Source of the DNA: an uncultured Lentisphaerota bacterium | GTDB taxonomy: Bacteria; Verrucomicrobiota; Kiritimatiellia; CAIQIC01 | Assembly: GCA_903912445.1 (NCBI GenBank) | Contig: CAIWHP010000191.1 | Span: 262 to 64,261 of the forward strand | Direction of reading: 5' to 3' | Length of the DNA stretch: 64,000 nt | Shown here: in pieces, positions 55,300 through 64,000 of the stretch | How positions within the stretch are numbered: the first letter of the stretch is position 1 | Layout: every line of letters begins with the position of its first letter | Position numbers and translations under genes: made by a program | The notes under the pieces: model-generated | Database searches by the model: none | Seen by the model: the letters and a program-made list of their open reading frames with translations, nothing else | Told to the model about the DNA's origin: nothing

Positions 55300-57975
55300 A
55301 TGAAGCAGAACATGATGATCCTGGCGGGGCTGACCCTGGCGGCAGGTCTGGCTCACGGCGCACCGATGGCCTGCTGGCATTTCGACGGCGACCTCTCCGG
55401 CGGTGCGGCTCCTGCACTCGCGGGCAAGGCCGGGGTGTTCGAAAAAGGCACGCCGCCGGTGTTCGCTGGGGATGTGCCGGCCACGAACATTTGGGATGGC
55501 GCGACGTTCTCATCGGCCAACCCGGCGAACAAGAGTGGGCTACGCTTTGCCAATGACGGCGTGACCGGGGTGGGCAGTCCCCTGGGTGGCGAGGTGGTGG
55601 TTTCCGGGGCGGAGGCACAGACGCAGCCGGCGGAGTTCACGGTCGAGGCGTTCGTCAAGATGGGCAAGCAGATGGCGCGGCACGCGCTGCTCGCGAGCAA
55701 GCGGCGCAACGGGCAGACGGGCGCGAGCTGGTCGCTCTCGATTGACCCGCAGGGCTGCATCCGCGCGCGGTTCGATACGCAGCCCGGCGCGGATTCGAAG
55801 AGCGGCGAGGGCTTCAATCAAACCATGGGCTCCAGCGGGAGTGTGACCGATGGCGCGTGGCACCATGTGGCGCTGACGTTCGACCGCGCGACGCTGGCAG
55901 CGGCCATCTATGTGGACCACGTCCGGTGTGGCGGCGGCACGACCAAGGGGCCGCTGGTCTATGACGGCGGCCCGCTGGTGCTCGGGCGCGGGCTGGATGG
56001 CTGGCTGGATGAGGTGCGCTTGACCGGCGCTGTCTTGCACCCGGAGCAATTCCTCCGCACCACCCGCTTCTTCTCCGAACTGAAGCCGCGCGCGCCGGTG
56101 GTGACGATGCTGGACCAAACGCCGACGCGTGTGCAGTCCGCGCTGAAACTCGACTGGAAAAAGCTGGGCACCTTGACGCCGAAGAGCGTGGAAGAAATCG
56201 GCACCTCGATGTGGTCGCTGGGCTGCGAGACGCTCGACCGCGACCTCGCGGATTGGGACGTCTACAAAACCTATCTCCAGCCGCTGGGCATCAAGCGGAT
56301 CCGCCTGCAGGGCGGCTGGAACCGGACCGAAAAGCAGAAGGGCGTCTATGACTTCGCCTGGCTGGACCACATCGTGGACGATGCGCACGCGCGCGGGCTG
56401 CAGGTCTGCCTGGAGACCTCCTACAACAACCACCTGTACGAGCCGAAGGGCGCGACGGGGCCGGGCGGGCAATTGCCGGCGGGCGAGGAGACGCTGGCGG
56501 CTTGGGACAAGTGGGTCGAGGCGATGGCGCGCCACTATGCACCCATGGGCGTGCAGGAATGGATGATGTATAACGAGCCCAACCTGAACAAGAGCAACAC
56601 GCTGGAGAAGATCGTCGCGAACAACATCCGCACGGCGGAGATCATCAAGCGCGTGGACCCGCAGGCGAAGATCGGCGCGTTCGTGCTGGCGGGCTTGTCT
56701 GTCGACAGGATCGAGAAGATGCTGGAAATGATCAAGGCGCAGGGCAAACTCGACCTTTTCCACTGGGCCATCTATCACGGCTACAGCGGCAATCCCGACC
56801 GGCTGAACGAGGCGATGAAGGAATTCACGGCGATGCTGGCGAAAGTCGCGCCGCAAATCAAACCGTGGCAGGGCGAGGCCGGCTGCGCCTCCGAGGAGGT
56901 GCAGTACGCGCTCTCCGGGATCGACTGGACCGAGTATTCCCACGCCAAGTGGAACGCGCGGCGGATGCTGTGCGACCTCGGCCACGGCATCGAGTCTTCC
57001 GTGTTCACCATCACGGATTTGAGCTATCACCGCGACTTCATCTCGCGGTACGGGCTGCTGAAGACCAGTCCGGACAATGCGATCATCAGGGTGAAGACCG
57101 CCTACTACGTCGTGCAAAATGTCGTGGCGGTGTTCAACGACGCGCTGGAACGCGTGCCGGACTATGCGCTGACGGTCACCGGGACGGAGAAGGCGCTGAC
57201 CTGGTTCGCGTTCCGCGACAAGAAGAGCAAGCTGGAGGTGGTGACGCTGTGGGACGGCACGGAGATTCCGTCCAACACGTCGGATGTCGAGACGGTGGAG
57301 GTCACGATCAAGCACGGGCAGTTCCGCCAGCCGGTGTGGGTGGACCTGGTCACCGGCAACGTGTACGAAATCCCGGCGGAGCAGGTGAAGATTGCCGGCG
57401 ACACGGTGACGTTCAAGGACCTGCCGGTCTACGACGGACCGGCGGCCATCACCGACCGGAGCCTGCTGTCGTTTGTGCCGGCGCGGGAGAGCAAGAAAGC
57501 GAAAGCGGCGTCGGCCGCCAAAACGAAGCGCACGGCCAAAGCCGACACGCTCCTGATGACCAAGCATCTGTTGCCCGGGACCCAGCAACCTGCGCCCGCC
57601 GTGGTGCTGTGCGCTGCCAAGGGCGAAGAGGTCGGCGGTCTCGTGAAATGGCTGAACGCGCAGGACGTCCATGTGTTCGTCGTGGAAAGCGCTGCCGTCA
57701 TGAAGCGCGCCTTGCAGACGATCCGCAGCCACGCCGCAGAGTGGCAGGTGAAACCGGGTTCCATCGGTGTGTTGGGCAGCGGCAAGCATGGCGTGGAAAG
57801 CGTGAAGGGCGTGATCGGTGATGCCGATTTCGCGGTTGTGCTGGACGCCGATGGCGCGGACATCGCCAAGGCTCTTCCTGAGGCGAAGCGCAAGGCTGTG
57901 TTCACCGGCAAGCAGGGCGAGTTTGAGAAGCCGCTCGCGACCTGGCTGGAGAAATACAAAGGAAAAGTGTTTTGA
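55300..57975 (+). CDS. Secreted multidomain protein: LamG/concanavalin-like domain, then clan GH-A glycoside hydrolase domain (paralog of the 44162 gene), then a C-terminal domain of unknown function
   Basis: Signal MKQNMMILAGLTLAAGLAHGA. LamG-like 'DGAWHHVALTFD...LDEVRL'. The GH domain 'MWSLGCETLDRDLADWDVYKTYLQPLGIKRIRLQGGW...WMMYNEPN...PWQGEAG' is collinear with the 44162 protein. Confidence 0.65.
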   Translation: MKQNMMILAGLTLAAGLAHGAPMACWHFDGDLSGGAAPALAGKAGVFEKGTPPVFAGDVPATNIWDGATFSSANPANKSGLRFANDGVTGVGSPLGGEVVVSGAEAQTQPAEFTVEAFVKMGKQMARHALLASKRRNGQTGASWSLSIDPQGCIRARFDTQPGADSKSGEGFNQTMGSSGSVTDGAWHHVALTFDRATLAAAIYVDHVRCGGGTTKGPLVYDGGPLVLGRGLDGWLDEVRLTGAVLHPEQFLRTTRFFSELKPRAPVVTMLDQTPTRVQSALKLDWKKLGTLTPKSVEEIGTSMWSLGCETLDRDLADWDVYKTYLQPLGIKRIRLQGGWNRTEKQKGVYDFAWLDHIVDDAHARGLQVCLETSYNNHLYEPKGATGPGGQLPAGEETLAAWDKWVEAMARHYAPMGVQEWMMYNEPNLNKSNTLEKIVANNIRTAEIIKRVDPQAKIGAFVLAGLSVDRIEKMLEMIKAQGKLDLFHWAIYHGYSGNPDRLNEAMKEFTAMLAKVAPQIKPWQGEAGCASEEVQYALSGIDWTEYSHAKWNARRMLCDLGHGIESSVFTITDLSYHRDFISRYGLLKTSPDNAIIRVKTAYYVVQNVVAVFNDALERVPDYALTVTGTEKALTWFAFRDKKSKLEVVTLWDGTEIPSNTSDVETVEVTIKHGQFRQPVWVDLVTGNVYEIPAEQVKIAGDTVTFKDLPVYDGPAAITDRSLLSFVPARESKKAKAASAAKTKRTAKADTLLMTKHLLPGTQQPAPAVVLCAAKGEEVGGLVKWLNAQDVHVFVVESAAVMKRALQTIRSHAAEWQVKPGSIGVLGSGKHGVESVKGVIGDADFAVVLDADGADIAKALPEAKRKAVFTGKQGEFEKPLATWLEKYKGKVF

Positions 57976-58032
57976 GTCTGCCGGTGGCCGCGCGAAGAAA
58001 TGAACCGAGCTAATGGAGCTGGAGAAGAAACT

Positions 58033-59313
58033 ATGAGACACATGATGCGTTGGAATTTTCCAGTGATGGGAACCTTGGCATTGCTGTTTTTCCAAGCATG
58101 GGGGATCAATGCTGCTGATGCCGTGCCGGCAAAAGCACCGATTCCGGTTTGGGATCTGGCGAAGGATGCCTTCGCCGCCACCACCGGGAAGATCGAGCGC
58201 GTGAACGGGCAGGTTCACATGGATGGCAGAAGCGCGTTCGCGATTCCCAACAGCGCGCTGCCCGATCCCAACTGTTTCACGATCACCATGGACATCCGCT
58301 TCCACAAGATCGAGCAGCGCGGCCATCTGCATCTGCTGGACCAGCGGGTGTCGGACACCGGCTTCAGCGTCGATGCGCTCAACCTTAGCGCGGTCGGCAG
58401 CCCGCTGACGACGACGATCAACGGCATCGCCTATGCCCGCAACAGCTTCCGGGCCACGACGAACCAGGTGTGGCAGTTCGTTTTCGCCGTGCGCGATGGC
58501 GCGGTTGCGGTCTATCAAAACAAGTCGGCCGGGCCGCAGTATCTGCTGCGCATCACGCCGAACCTCGCGCCGATCTGGGTCGGGCGCACGAAGAGCGAGC
58601 CGATCGCCGACTACGATATTCTTAGCCTGAAGGTGTTCGGACCGGACTACAAATATTACCTGCCGGGCGAGTCGGCGGACGCGATGAAGAACGGGTTCAC
58701 CGGCGGGCAGGGCTGGCTGGTCCGGCTGCCGGGCAAGATCGAAAAGCCGCTGCCGCGCATCCTCTATTACGGCGATTCCATTTCCGGGGGCTACGGCGAA
58801 CGCTTCACCGCGCTCATGAAGGACAAGGCCTATTGTTATCACTGGGTCCATTTCGTCGGCAGTGTCGGCGGGTTCCAGACCAATGCGTTTGTGGCGGCGG
58901 CGGGTGTCGCGCCATTCGACGTGATCATCTTCAACAACGGGCTGCACTCGTTGAGCTGGACGCCCGACAAGGCCACCGACGCGCAGATCGAAGCCGTGCT
59001 GCGCAACATGGTCCGCGCCTTCCGCCAGGGCGCGCCAAAGGCGAAACTGATCTGGGCCGCCACGACGCCGCACACCGCCAAGGGCAAACCCGTTACCGGC
59101 CTCGGCGAGAAGAATCCCGTCGTCATCCGGATCAACACCCTCGCGGAAAAAGTCATGAAGGAAGAGGGCGTGGACATGGTTGATCTCTACGCGCTGCTGA
59201 AAGATCATCTCAACCTCGCTGCCGGCGACCAGTATCATTGGTCGGGCGAGGCCTATCAACTGATCGCAGCCGCGCTGCAGAAAAAGTGTGACGCCATCTT
59301 GTCTCATCCTTAA
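58033..59313 (+). CDS. Secreted SGNH/GDSL hydrolase with an N-terminal beta-sandwich domain and the LFFQ-type leader. The palindrome pair (58057-58073, 58089-58105) lies inside codons 9-25.
   Basis: ATG at 58033 with an upstream GGAGAAG. N-terminus MRHMMRWNFPVMGTLALLFFQAWGINAADA. 'ILYYGDSISGGYG' (GDS block) and 'GDQYHWSGEAY' (DxxH block). Confidence 0.65.
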   Translation: MRHMMRWNFPVMGTLALLFFQAWGINAADAVPAKAPIPVWDLAKDAFAATTGKIERVNGQVHMDGRSAFAIPNSALPDPNCFTITMDIRFHKIEQRGHLHLLDQRVSDTGFSVDALNLSAVGSPLTTTINGIAYARNSFRATTNQVWQFVFAVRDGAVAVYQNKSAGPQYLLRITPNLAPIWVGRTKSEPIADYDILSLKVFGPDYKYYLPGESADAMKNGFTGGQGWLVRLPGKIEKPLPRILYYGDSISGGYGERFTALMKDKAYCYHWVHFVGSVGGFQTNAFVAAAGVAPFDVIIFNNGLHSLSWTPDKATDAQIEAVLRNMVRAFRQGAPKAKLIWAATTPHTAKGKPVTGLGEKNPVVIRINTLAEKVMKEEGVDMVDLYALLKDHLNLAAGDQYHWSGEAYQLIAAALQKKCDAILSHP

Positions 59314-59331
59314 AAGGAACAGGAGCTGCTC

Positions 59332-62300
59332 ATGAAAATGCGCGCAAGAAGTGGGATCGCTTTGCTGTTTCTCTGTAGCACAGCCTGGTGCTCGGCGGGC
59401 GTGAAGGTCGAGGAGACCAAGGTCACGGTGCCGACCTATCCGCCGGGGCCGTGCGACAAGACCCCCGTTTTCTATACGGGCCGCGTCTATCAGGGCGCGC
59501 AGGGCCGGGTGTATCCCTATCCGCTGCAGGATGTGCTGCACGACGAGAAGGTGGACAAGACTTACACCGCGCTCCGGCTGGAAAACGAGTACCTGGAGAT
59601 GTCGGTCCTGCCGGAAATCGGCGGCAGGCTATTCAGTTTCACCGACAAGGCTACCGGCTTTGATATCTTTTACCGGCAATCGGTGATCAAGCCGGCCCTG
59701 ATCGGGATGCTGGGCGCGTGGACCTCCGGCGGCGTGGAGTGGAACTTCCCGCATCACCATCGCGCGACGACGTTCATGCCGGTGAATTACACGACGACCG
59801 CCAACGCGGACGGCAGCAAGACGATCTGGGTTGGCGAGACGGAGTTGCGGCACCGGATGAAATGGTCCATTGGGCTGAGCATGAAGCCGGGCCGCTCCTA
59901 CCTGGAGGCCGACTGCCGCTTCATGAACCGGCAACCATATCTCGAATCCATGCTGTACTGGGCGAATGTGTCGGTGCATTGCGGGACGAACTATCAGGTG
60001 CTATTTCCGCCTGCCTGCCGGGTGGGGATGGACCATCACAAGAACTATTTCACGCACTTCCCCCTGGGGCGTCCGAATGTCGCGATCGACGAGCTGGCCG
60101 ACCTGAGCTGGTGGAAGAACTTCACCTCCGACCACCGCTCCATTTTCGCGGTCGACCCGGACAACGACTTTCTTGCGGGCTACGACCACGGGCGCGGGCT
60201 GGGCACGGCGCATGTGGCCAACCACCAGATTGTCTGCGGCAAGAAATTCTTCCTCTGGGGCAACAATCCCGGCGGCTTCGTCTGGGACAAGGTGCTCACC
60301 GATCACGACGGGCCGTATCTGGAGCTGATGGTCGGCGCTTATTCCGACAACCAGCCGGACTACAGCTGGCTTTCGCCGTACGAGACCCGCTCCTGCAAGC
60401 AATACTGGTATCCGATCAAGCAGATCGGCGGCGTGAAGTGCGCGACGCTCGACGCGGCCATCAATCTCGAACGGCGCGCGCCGGACAAGGTCTTCCTCGG
60501 CTTCAACGCGACCGCCAAGCTCAAGCACGCCAAGGTGGTGTTGCACCACGGCGCGGCGACGTTCTCCGAGGTCATCGATATCGATCCGAACACGCCTTAT
60601 GTGAAGGAGGTCCCCGTCGCGCCGGCCGTCAAGGATACCGAGCTCACCGGCATCCTGTTCGATCCCGACGGCCGCGAGCTGGTCCGCTATACGCCGGTGG
60701 TCGTCGAGGACAAGCCGCTGCCGGAGACCGTCGAGAATCCGCAGCCGCCCGCGACCTACAAAACGGTGGAGGAGCTCTATCTCGTCGGCCAGCGGCTGGA
60801 GCAGTTCCACAACGGCATCGTGGACCCCACGCCGTACTACGAGGAAGCCTTGCGGCGCGACCCGCTGGACCTGCGCGTGCATACCGTCGTCGGCATCCGG
60901 CTGGCCCGGCAGGCGAAATTCGCCGACGCCGAGACGCACCTGCGCCGCGCGGTGGAACGCACGACGCGCAACCACACCCGCGCCAAGGACGCCGAGCCGC
61001 ATTACTACCTCGGGATCGTGCTGAAGGAGCAGGGCCGGCTGAAGGAAGCCGAGGATCAATTGTGGAAGGCGGTCTGGCGCGACAGCTTCCAGCGCGCGGC
61101 TTATATCGAGCTGGCGAAGCTCGCCACGTTGAAGCACGACTACCCGCGCGCGCTGGAGCTGATCAACAGCGCCTTGGATGTGGCGGCGCGCTCCAGCAAG
61201 GCGCACACGGTGAAGGCCTATATTCTGCGCCAGCTGGGCCAGAAAAAAGAAGCGGATGCTGCGCTCAATAAAGCCGTCGAACTCGATCCGCTCGATGTCT
61301 GGTCGGTCGCGGAGCGCTGCTTTCTCAAGGGCAAGGGCCAGTCGGCGTTTGCGACAGCGGCGCGGCCGTGCGGCGACAAGTTGCAGGAACTGCTGGAGGT
61401 GGTCACCGACTACGGCAACATCGGCGCGCTGGACGAGGCGCTCGCGCTCCTGTCACAGGCCGAAGCGTTCACCAACCCGCTGGTGAAATATTATGCCGGC
61501 TACTACAACCTCCAGGCCGGCAGGACCAACGAGGCGCGTACGCTGTTCAGTGGGGCCGCGGCGCTGCCGACCGACTACTGTTTCCCGTTCCGGCATGAAG
61601 AGCTGAAGATGCTCGCGGCCGCGACGGAGCTGTGCCCGGCCGACGCCAACACGTGGTATTACCTCGGCAACCTCTGTTACTACCTGGAGCAGCGCGAGCG
61701 CGGCATCGCGGCGTGGGAGCAAGCCGTCGTGCTCAACCCGTCGCACGGCTTGGCCCTGCGCAACCTCGGGTTTGCCTACGGCCGGATGCCGGAGAAGCGC
61801 GCGACCGCCGTGGCCCGTTACAAGGCCGGGCTCAAGGCCGACCCGCAGAACGTCGCGTGCGTGCTGGAACTGGACAAGCTGTTCGAGAAGCTGAACCGCC
61901 CTGCTGCGGCGCGCCTCGCGTTTCTGGAGAGCCATATGGCGACAGCGCAGAAGAGCGACCCGACCATGTTGCGGCTGGCGTATCTGTATAACGAGACCGG
62001 CCAACATGACAAGGCGTTGGCCATTCTGGGCGCCCGTCGCTTCCATGTGTGGGAGGGTGCCGCGGCGTTGCACCAGCCGTTTGTGGATGCGTGCCTGCTG
62101 CGGGGGTTGGCCAAACTGGCTGCCGGAAAGAACCAGTCGGCGCTTCAGGATTTCCAACAGGCCGATACCTATCCCGAAAATCTTCAGGCGGGCCGCCCCG
62201 GCGATGCAGGGCAGGGTCCGAAGATTCATTACTACACGGCGCAGGCGCAACGCGCGCTCGGCGCTGCGGACAAGGCCCAGGCGGAGTTGCGCAAGGCAGT

Positions 62301-62631
62301 TGAAGGGCGTGTCGCCAACGGCGAGATGAACTACTATCGCCTGCTCGCCTGCCGGGAACTGGGCGCGGCCAAGGACGAAGCGGATCAGAAACAAAAGCTC
62401 CAGTCCGCGCTGGCCGCGCTGGAGCAGCCCGAGACCGTGGATGCCTATGCCAAGTTCGGCGGCGAAAACACGCCCAACGAACGGCTGGGTCACCGCTCGG
62501 CCGAGGCCGCCTATCTCAAGGGCTTGCTGGCGCTGGCGGAAAAGAATTCCGGTGAAGCCAAAAACTGTTTCGAGCGCGCGGTCAAAGAGCGTCCGGCCCT
62601 GATCTGGGCGCAGTTCTTTTTGCAAAGGTGA
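59332..62631 (+). CDS. Large secreted DUF5107-like domain protein with C-terminal TPR repeats
   Basis: Signal MKMRARSGIALLFLCSTAWCSA. The N-terminal ~450 aa resemble the DUF5107 family seen in polysaccharide-utilisation loci, as I recall it. The C-terminal half holds many TPR-like helical repeats (YYLGIVLKEQGRLKEAEDQLWKAV, AYILRQLGQKKEADAALNKAVELDP, and so on). Confidence 0.55.
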   Translation: MKMRARSGIALLFLCSTAWCSAGVKVEETKVTVPTYPPGPCDKTPVFYTGRVYQGAQGRVYPYPLQDVLHDEKVDKTYTALRLENEYLEMSVLPEIGGRLFSFTDKATGFDIFYRQSVIKPALIGMLGAWTSGGVEWNFPHHHRATTFMPVNYTTTANADGSKTIWVGETELRHRMKWSIGLSMKPGRSYLEADCRFMNRQPYLESMLYWANVSVHCGTNYQVLFPPACRVGMDHHKNYFTHFPLGRPNVAIDELADLSWWKNFTSDHRSIFAVDPDNDFLAGYDHGRGLGTAHVANHQIVCGKKFFLWGNNPGGFVWDKVLTDHDGPYLELMVGAYSDNQPDYSWLSPYETRSCKQYWYPIKQIGGVKCATLDAAINLERRAPDKVFLGFNATAKLKHAKVVLHHGAATFSEVIDIDPNTPYVKEVPVAPAVKDTELTGILFDPDGRELVRYTPVVVEDKPLPETVENPQPPATYKTVEELYLVGQRLEQFHNGIVDPTPYYEEALRRDPLDLRVHTVVGIRLARQAKFADAETHLRRAVERTTRNHTRAKDAEPHYYLGIVLKEQGRLKEAEDQLWKAVWRDSFQRAAYIELAKLATLKHDYPRALELINSALDVAARSSKAHTVKAYILRQLGQKKEADAALNKAVELDPLDVWSVAERCFLKGKGQSAFATAARPCGDKLQELLEVVTDYGNIGALDEALALLSQAEAFTNPLVKYYAGYYNLQAGRTNEARTLFSGAAALPTDYCFPFRHEELKMLAAATELCPADANTWYYLGNLCYYLEQRERGIAAWEQAVVLNPSHGLALRNLGFAYGRMPEKRATAVARYKAGLKADPQNVACVLELDKLFEKLNRPAAARLAFLESHMATAQKSDPTMLRLAYLYNETGQHDKALAILGARRFHVWEGAAALHQPFVDACLLRGLAKLAAGKNQSALQDFQQADTYPENLQAGRPGDAGQGPKIHYYTAQAQRALGAADKAQAELRKAVEGRVANGEMNYYRLLACRELGAAKDEADQKQKLQSALAALEQPETVDAYAKFGGENTPNERLGHRSAEAAYLKGLLALAEKNSGEAKNCFERAVKERPALIWAQFFLQR

Positions 62632-62634
62632 ACT

Positions 62635-64000
62635 ATGAAACACATTTCGCTTTGGAATATTCCAAGGCTTGGAACTCTCTGCCTGCTGTTTTTCCAAGGG
62701 TTGGAAACGCAGGCGGCAGGCGGGTTGCAAGGTGCACGCGGTGTGCTCACCGTGGACGCGCAGGGCATCAGCCTCGCACCGGCCTCCGCGACTTGCCCGA
62801 CGATCACGGCGCGGGGCGAGCCGATGTGGGCGGTGCTGATGCAGTCGGATACGCCGCCGCCGGTCGCCGGCGCGCCCGTCGTGCTCGGCGACAAGGGCCA
62901 GCAGCCCCAGCGCGAGGTCACCGCCGACGGCATCCGGCTGACCTACGCAAGTCTCACGGACGGCAAGCGCACGTGGCGTGTCGGGGTGACGCTCGATTTC
63001 CACCGCAAGGGCGACGCGTTCGAGGTGACCGGCGAGGTCCGCAACGACGAGCCGGGCTGGCTCATGTGCGGCTTCACCGGCCCGGTATTGCACGGCATCC
63101 GCGCCGATCTCGCGACGCATCCGGCGCTGTTGCCCGATGGTCTGGGCCGCATCATCCACCGGATGCCCGATGACAAGAAAGGCAGCAACGAGGTCGGCGT
63201 TGTATATCCGAGCCGCAAAGGGACGATGCAGTGGTGCACTCTTTCCGGCGCGCAGGGCGGGCTCTACTTCGGTTGCCACGACGCCACGCATGGCGCGAAA
63301 ACGATTTGCGTGCGGCGCGATGCCGCCAGCCAGACCTATGGACTCGCGGTGAAGCATCAGGCGTTTTGCGCGGTGGGTCAGCGCTGGGCGTTGCCGCCGA
63401 CGGTCATCATGCCCTACGCGGGCTCGTGGCACACCGCCGCCCGCTATTACCGGGCGTGGAGCGAAAGCATCGAGCCGCCGCTCGCCGTGCCGGAGTGGGC
63501 GCGCAACGCCTCCGGCTGGCTGCTCTGTATCCTGAAACAGCAGAATGGCGAGGTGCATTGGGATTATTCCTCGCTCGGCAAATTGTGCGACGTGGCCGAT
63601 GCGCGCGGGCTCGACATCCTCGGCCTGTTTGGCTGGGCGCACGGCGGGCACGATCATCTCTATCCTGAATATTTCTCCGACCCTAAGATGGGTGGCGAGG
63701 AGGCGCTGCGCAAGGCGCTGCGTGACATCCGGCAGCGCGGCAAACGCTCCATCCTCTATGCCAACGGCCAGCTCATCGAACAGGGCACGGAATTTTGGAG
63801 CAAGGAAGGCCAGGCGCTGGCGGTGCTGAAAAAGGACGGCACGCCCGTACAGCAGACCTATCACAAGTACCGCACGACCGCGCCGTTTCGCTTCGGCCTC
63901 GGCTGCCTGGTCGCGCCGGCGTGGTTCGACCGCATGCTCGCGCTCGCGGTGCAGGCCCACGCGCTCGGCGCGGACGGCATCCTCTATGACCAGCTTGGCG
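62635..64000 (+). CDS. Secreted hypothetical protein (partial; runs off the window end) with the LFFQ-type leader. The palindrome pair (62659-62675, 62691-62707) lies inside codons 9-25.
   Basis: ATG at 62635, preceded by AAAGG. Translating it by hand gives no stop up to position 64000. The ORF track omits it, presumably because no stop falls inside the window. N-terminus MKHISLWNIPRLGTLCLLFFQGLETQAAGG. The body is TIM-barrel-like (GWAHGGHDHLYPEYF). Confidence 0.55.
   Translation, partial: MKHISLWNIPRLGTLCLLFFQGLETQAAGGLQGARGVLTVDAQGISLAPASATCPTITARGEPMWAVLMQSDTPPPVAGAPVVLGDKGQQPQREVTADGIRLTYASLTDGKRTWRVGVTLDFHRKGDAFEVTGEVRNDEPGWLMCGFTGPVLHGIRADLATHPALLPDGLGRIIHRMPDDKKGSNEVGVVYPSRKGTMQWCTLSGAQGGLYFGCHDATHGAKTICVRRDAASQTYGLAVKHQAFCAVGQRWALPPTVIMPYAGSWHTAARYYRAWSESIEPPLAVPEWARNASGWLLCILKQQNGEVHWDYSSLGKLCDVADARGLDILGLFGWAHGGHDHLYPEYFSDPKMGGEEALRKALRDIRQRGKRSILYANGQLIEQGTEFWSKEGQALAVLKKDGTPVQQTYHKYRTTAPFRFGLGCLVAPAWFDRMLALAVQAHALGADGILYDQLG

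Noticed and set aside
7228-62707. Assigning the palindrome to the LacI-family regulator at 22434-23462
   Set aside because: LacI-family operators are even-symmetry palindromes with a central CG. This motif has an odd 3-nt spacer and no central CG, so the assignment is unsupported.

Overview
High-GC bacterial chromosomal segment of about 64 kb, gene-dense, with roughly 55 protein-coding genes. Nearly every real gene is shadowed by long antisense or alternate-frame ORFs, which is the usual artefact of high-GC DNA. Gene content (many Sec/Tat-secreted glycoside hydrolases, SGNH esterases, a DUF5107/TPR protein, a LamG-GH fusion) suggests a polysaccharide-degrading PVC/Verrucomicrobia-like organism; this is inference only. 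Layout: (i) 1-2.06 kb is the right end of a phage/integrative-element-like region with an iteron-like repeat cluster, two long palindromes, a DUF5681-like small gene and a truncated tRNA; (ii) 2.1-21.9 kb is a housekeeping block (MsbA-like ABC exporter, TrxB, dimeric-dUTPase-like, esterase, FtsK, RodZ-like, PgsA, D-aminoacylase, CreD, secreted hydrolases) interrupted by an AT-rich methyltransferase gene and a GxxExxY gene flanked by 22-bp inverted repeats; (iii) 22.4-27.6 kb holds a LacI-family regulator, lipoprotein/hypothetical genes and three tandem unrelated small genes that each end in the same ~50-nt element; (iv) 27.6-64 kb is a large secreted-enzyme/sugar-acid catabolism cluster with a XylR-like AraC regulator. 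The most striking signal is a 17-bp palindrome, TTTCCAA-N3-TTGGAAA, present about 16 times. It usually occurs as pairs or triplets spaced ~31-32 bp, sitting just upstream of, or inside the first ~25 codons of, secreted-enzyme genes, and also between convergent genes. No CRISPR array, rRNA or intact tRNA is visible.
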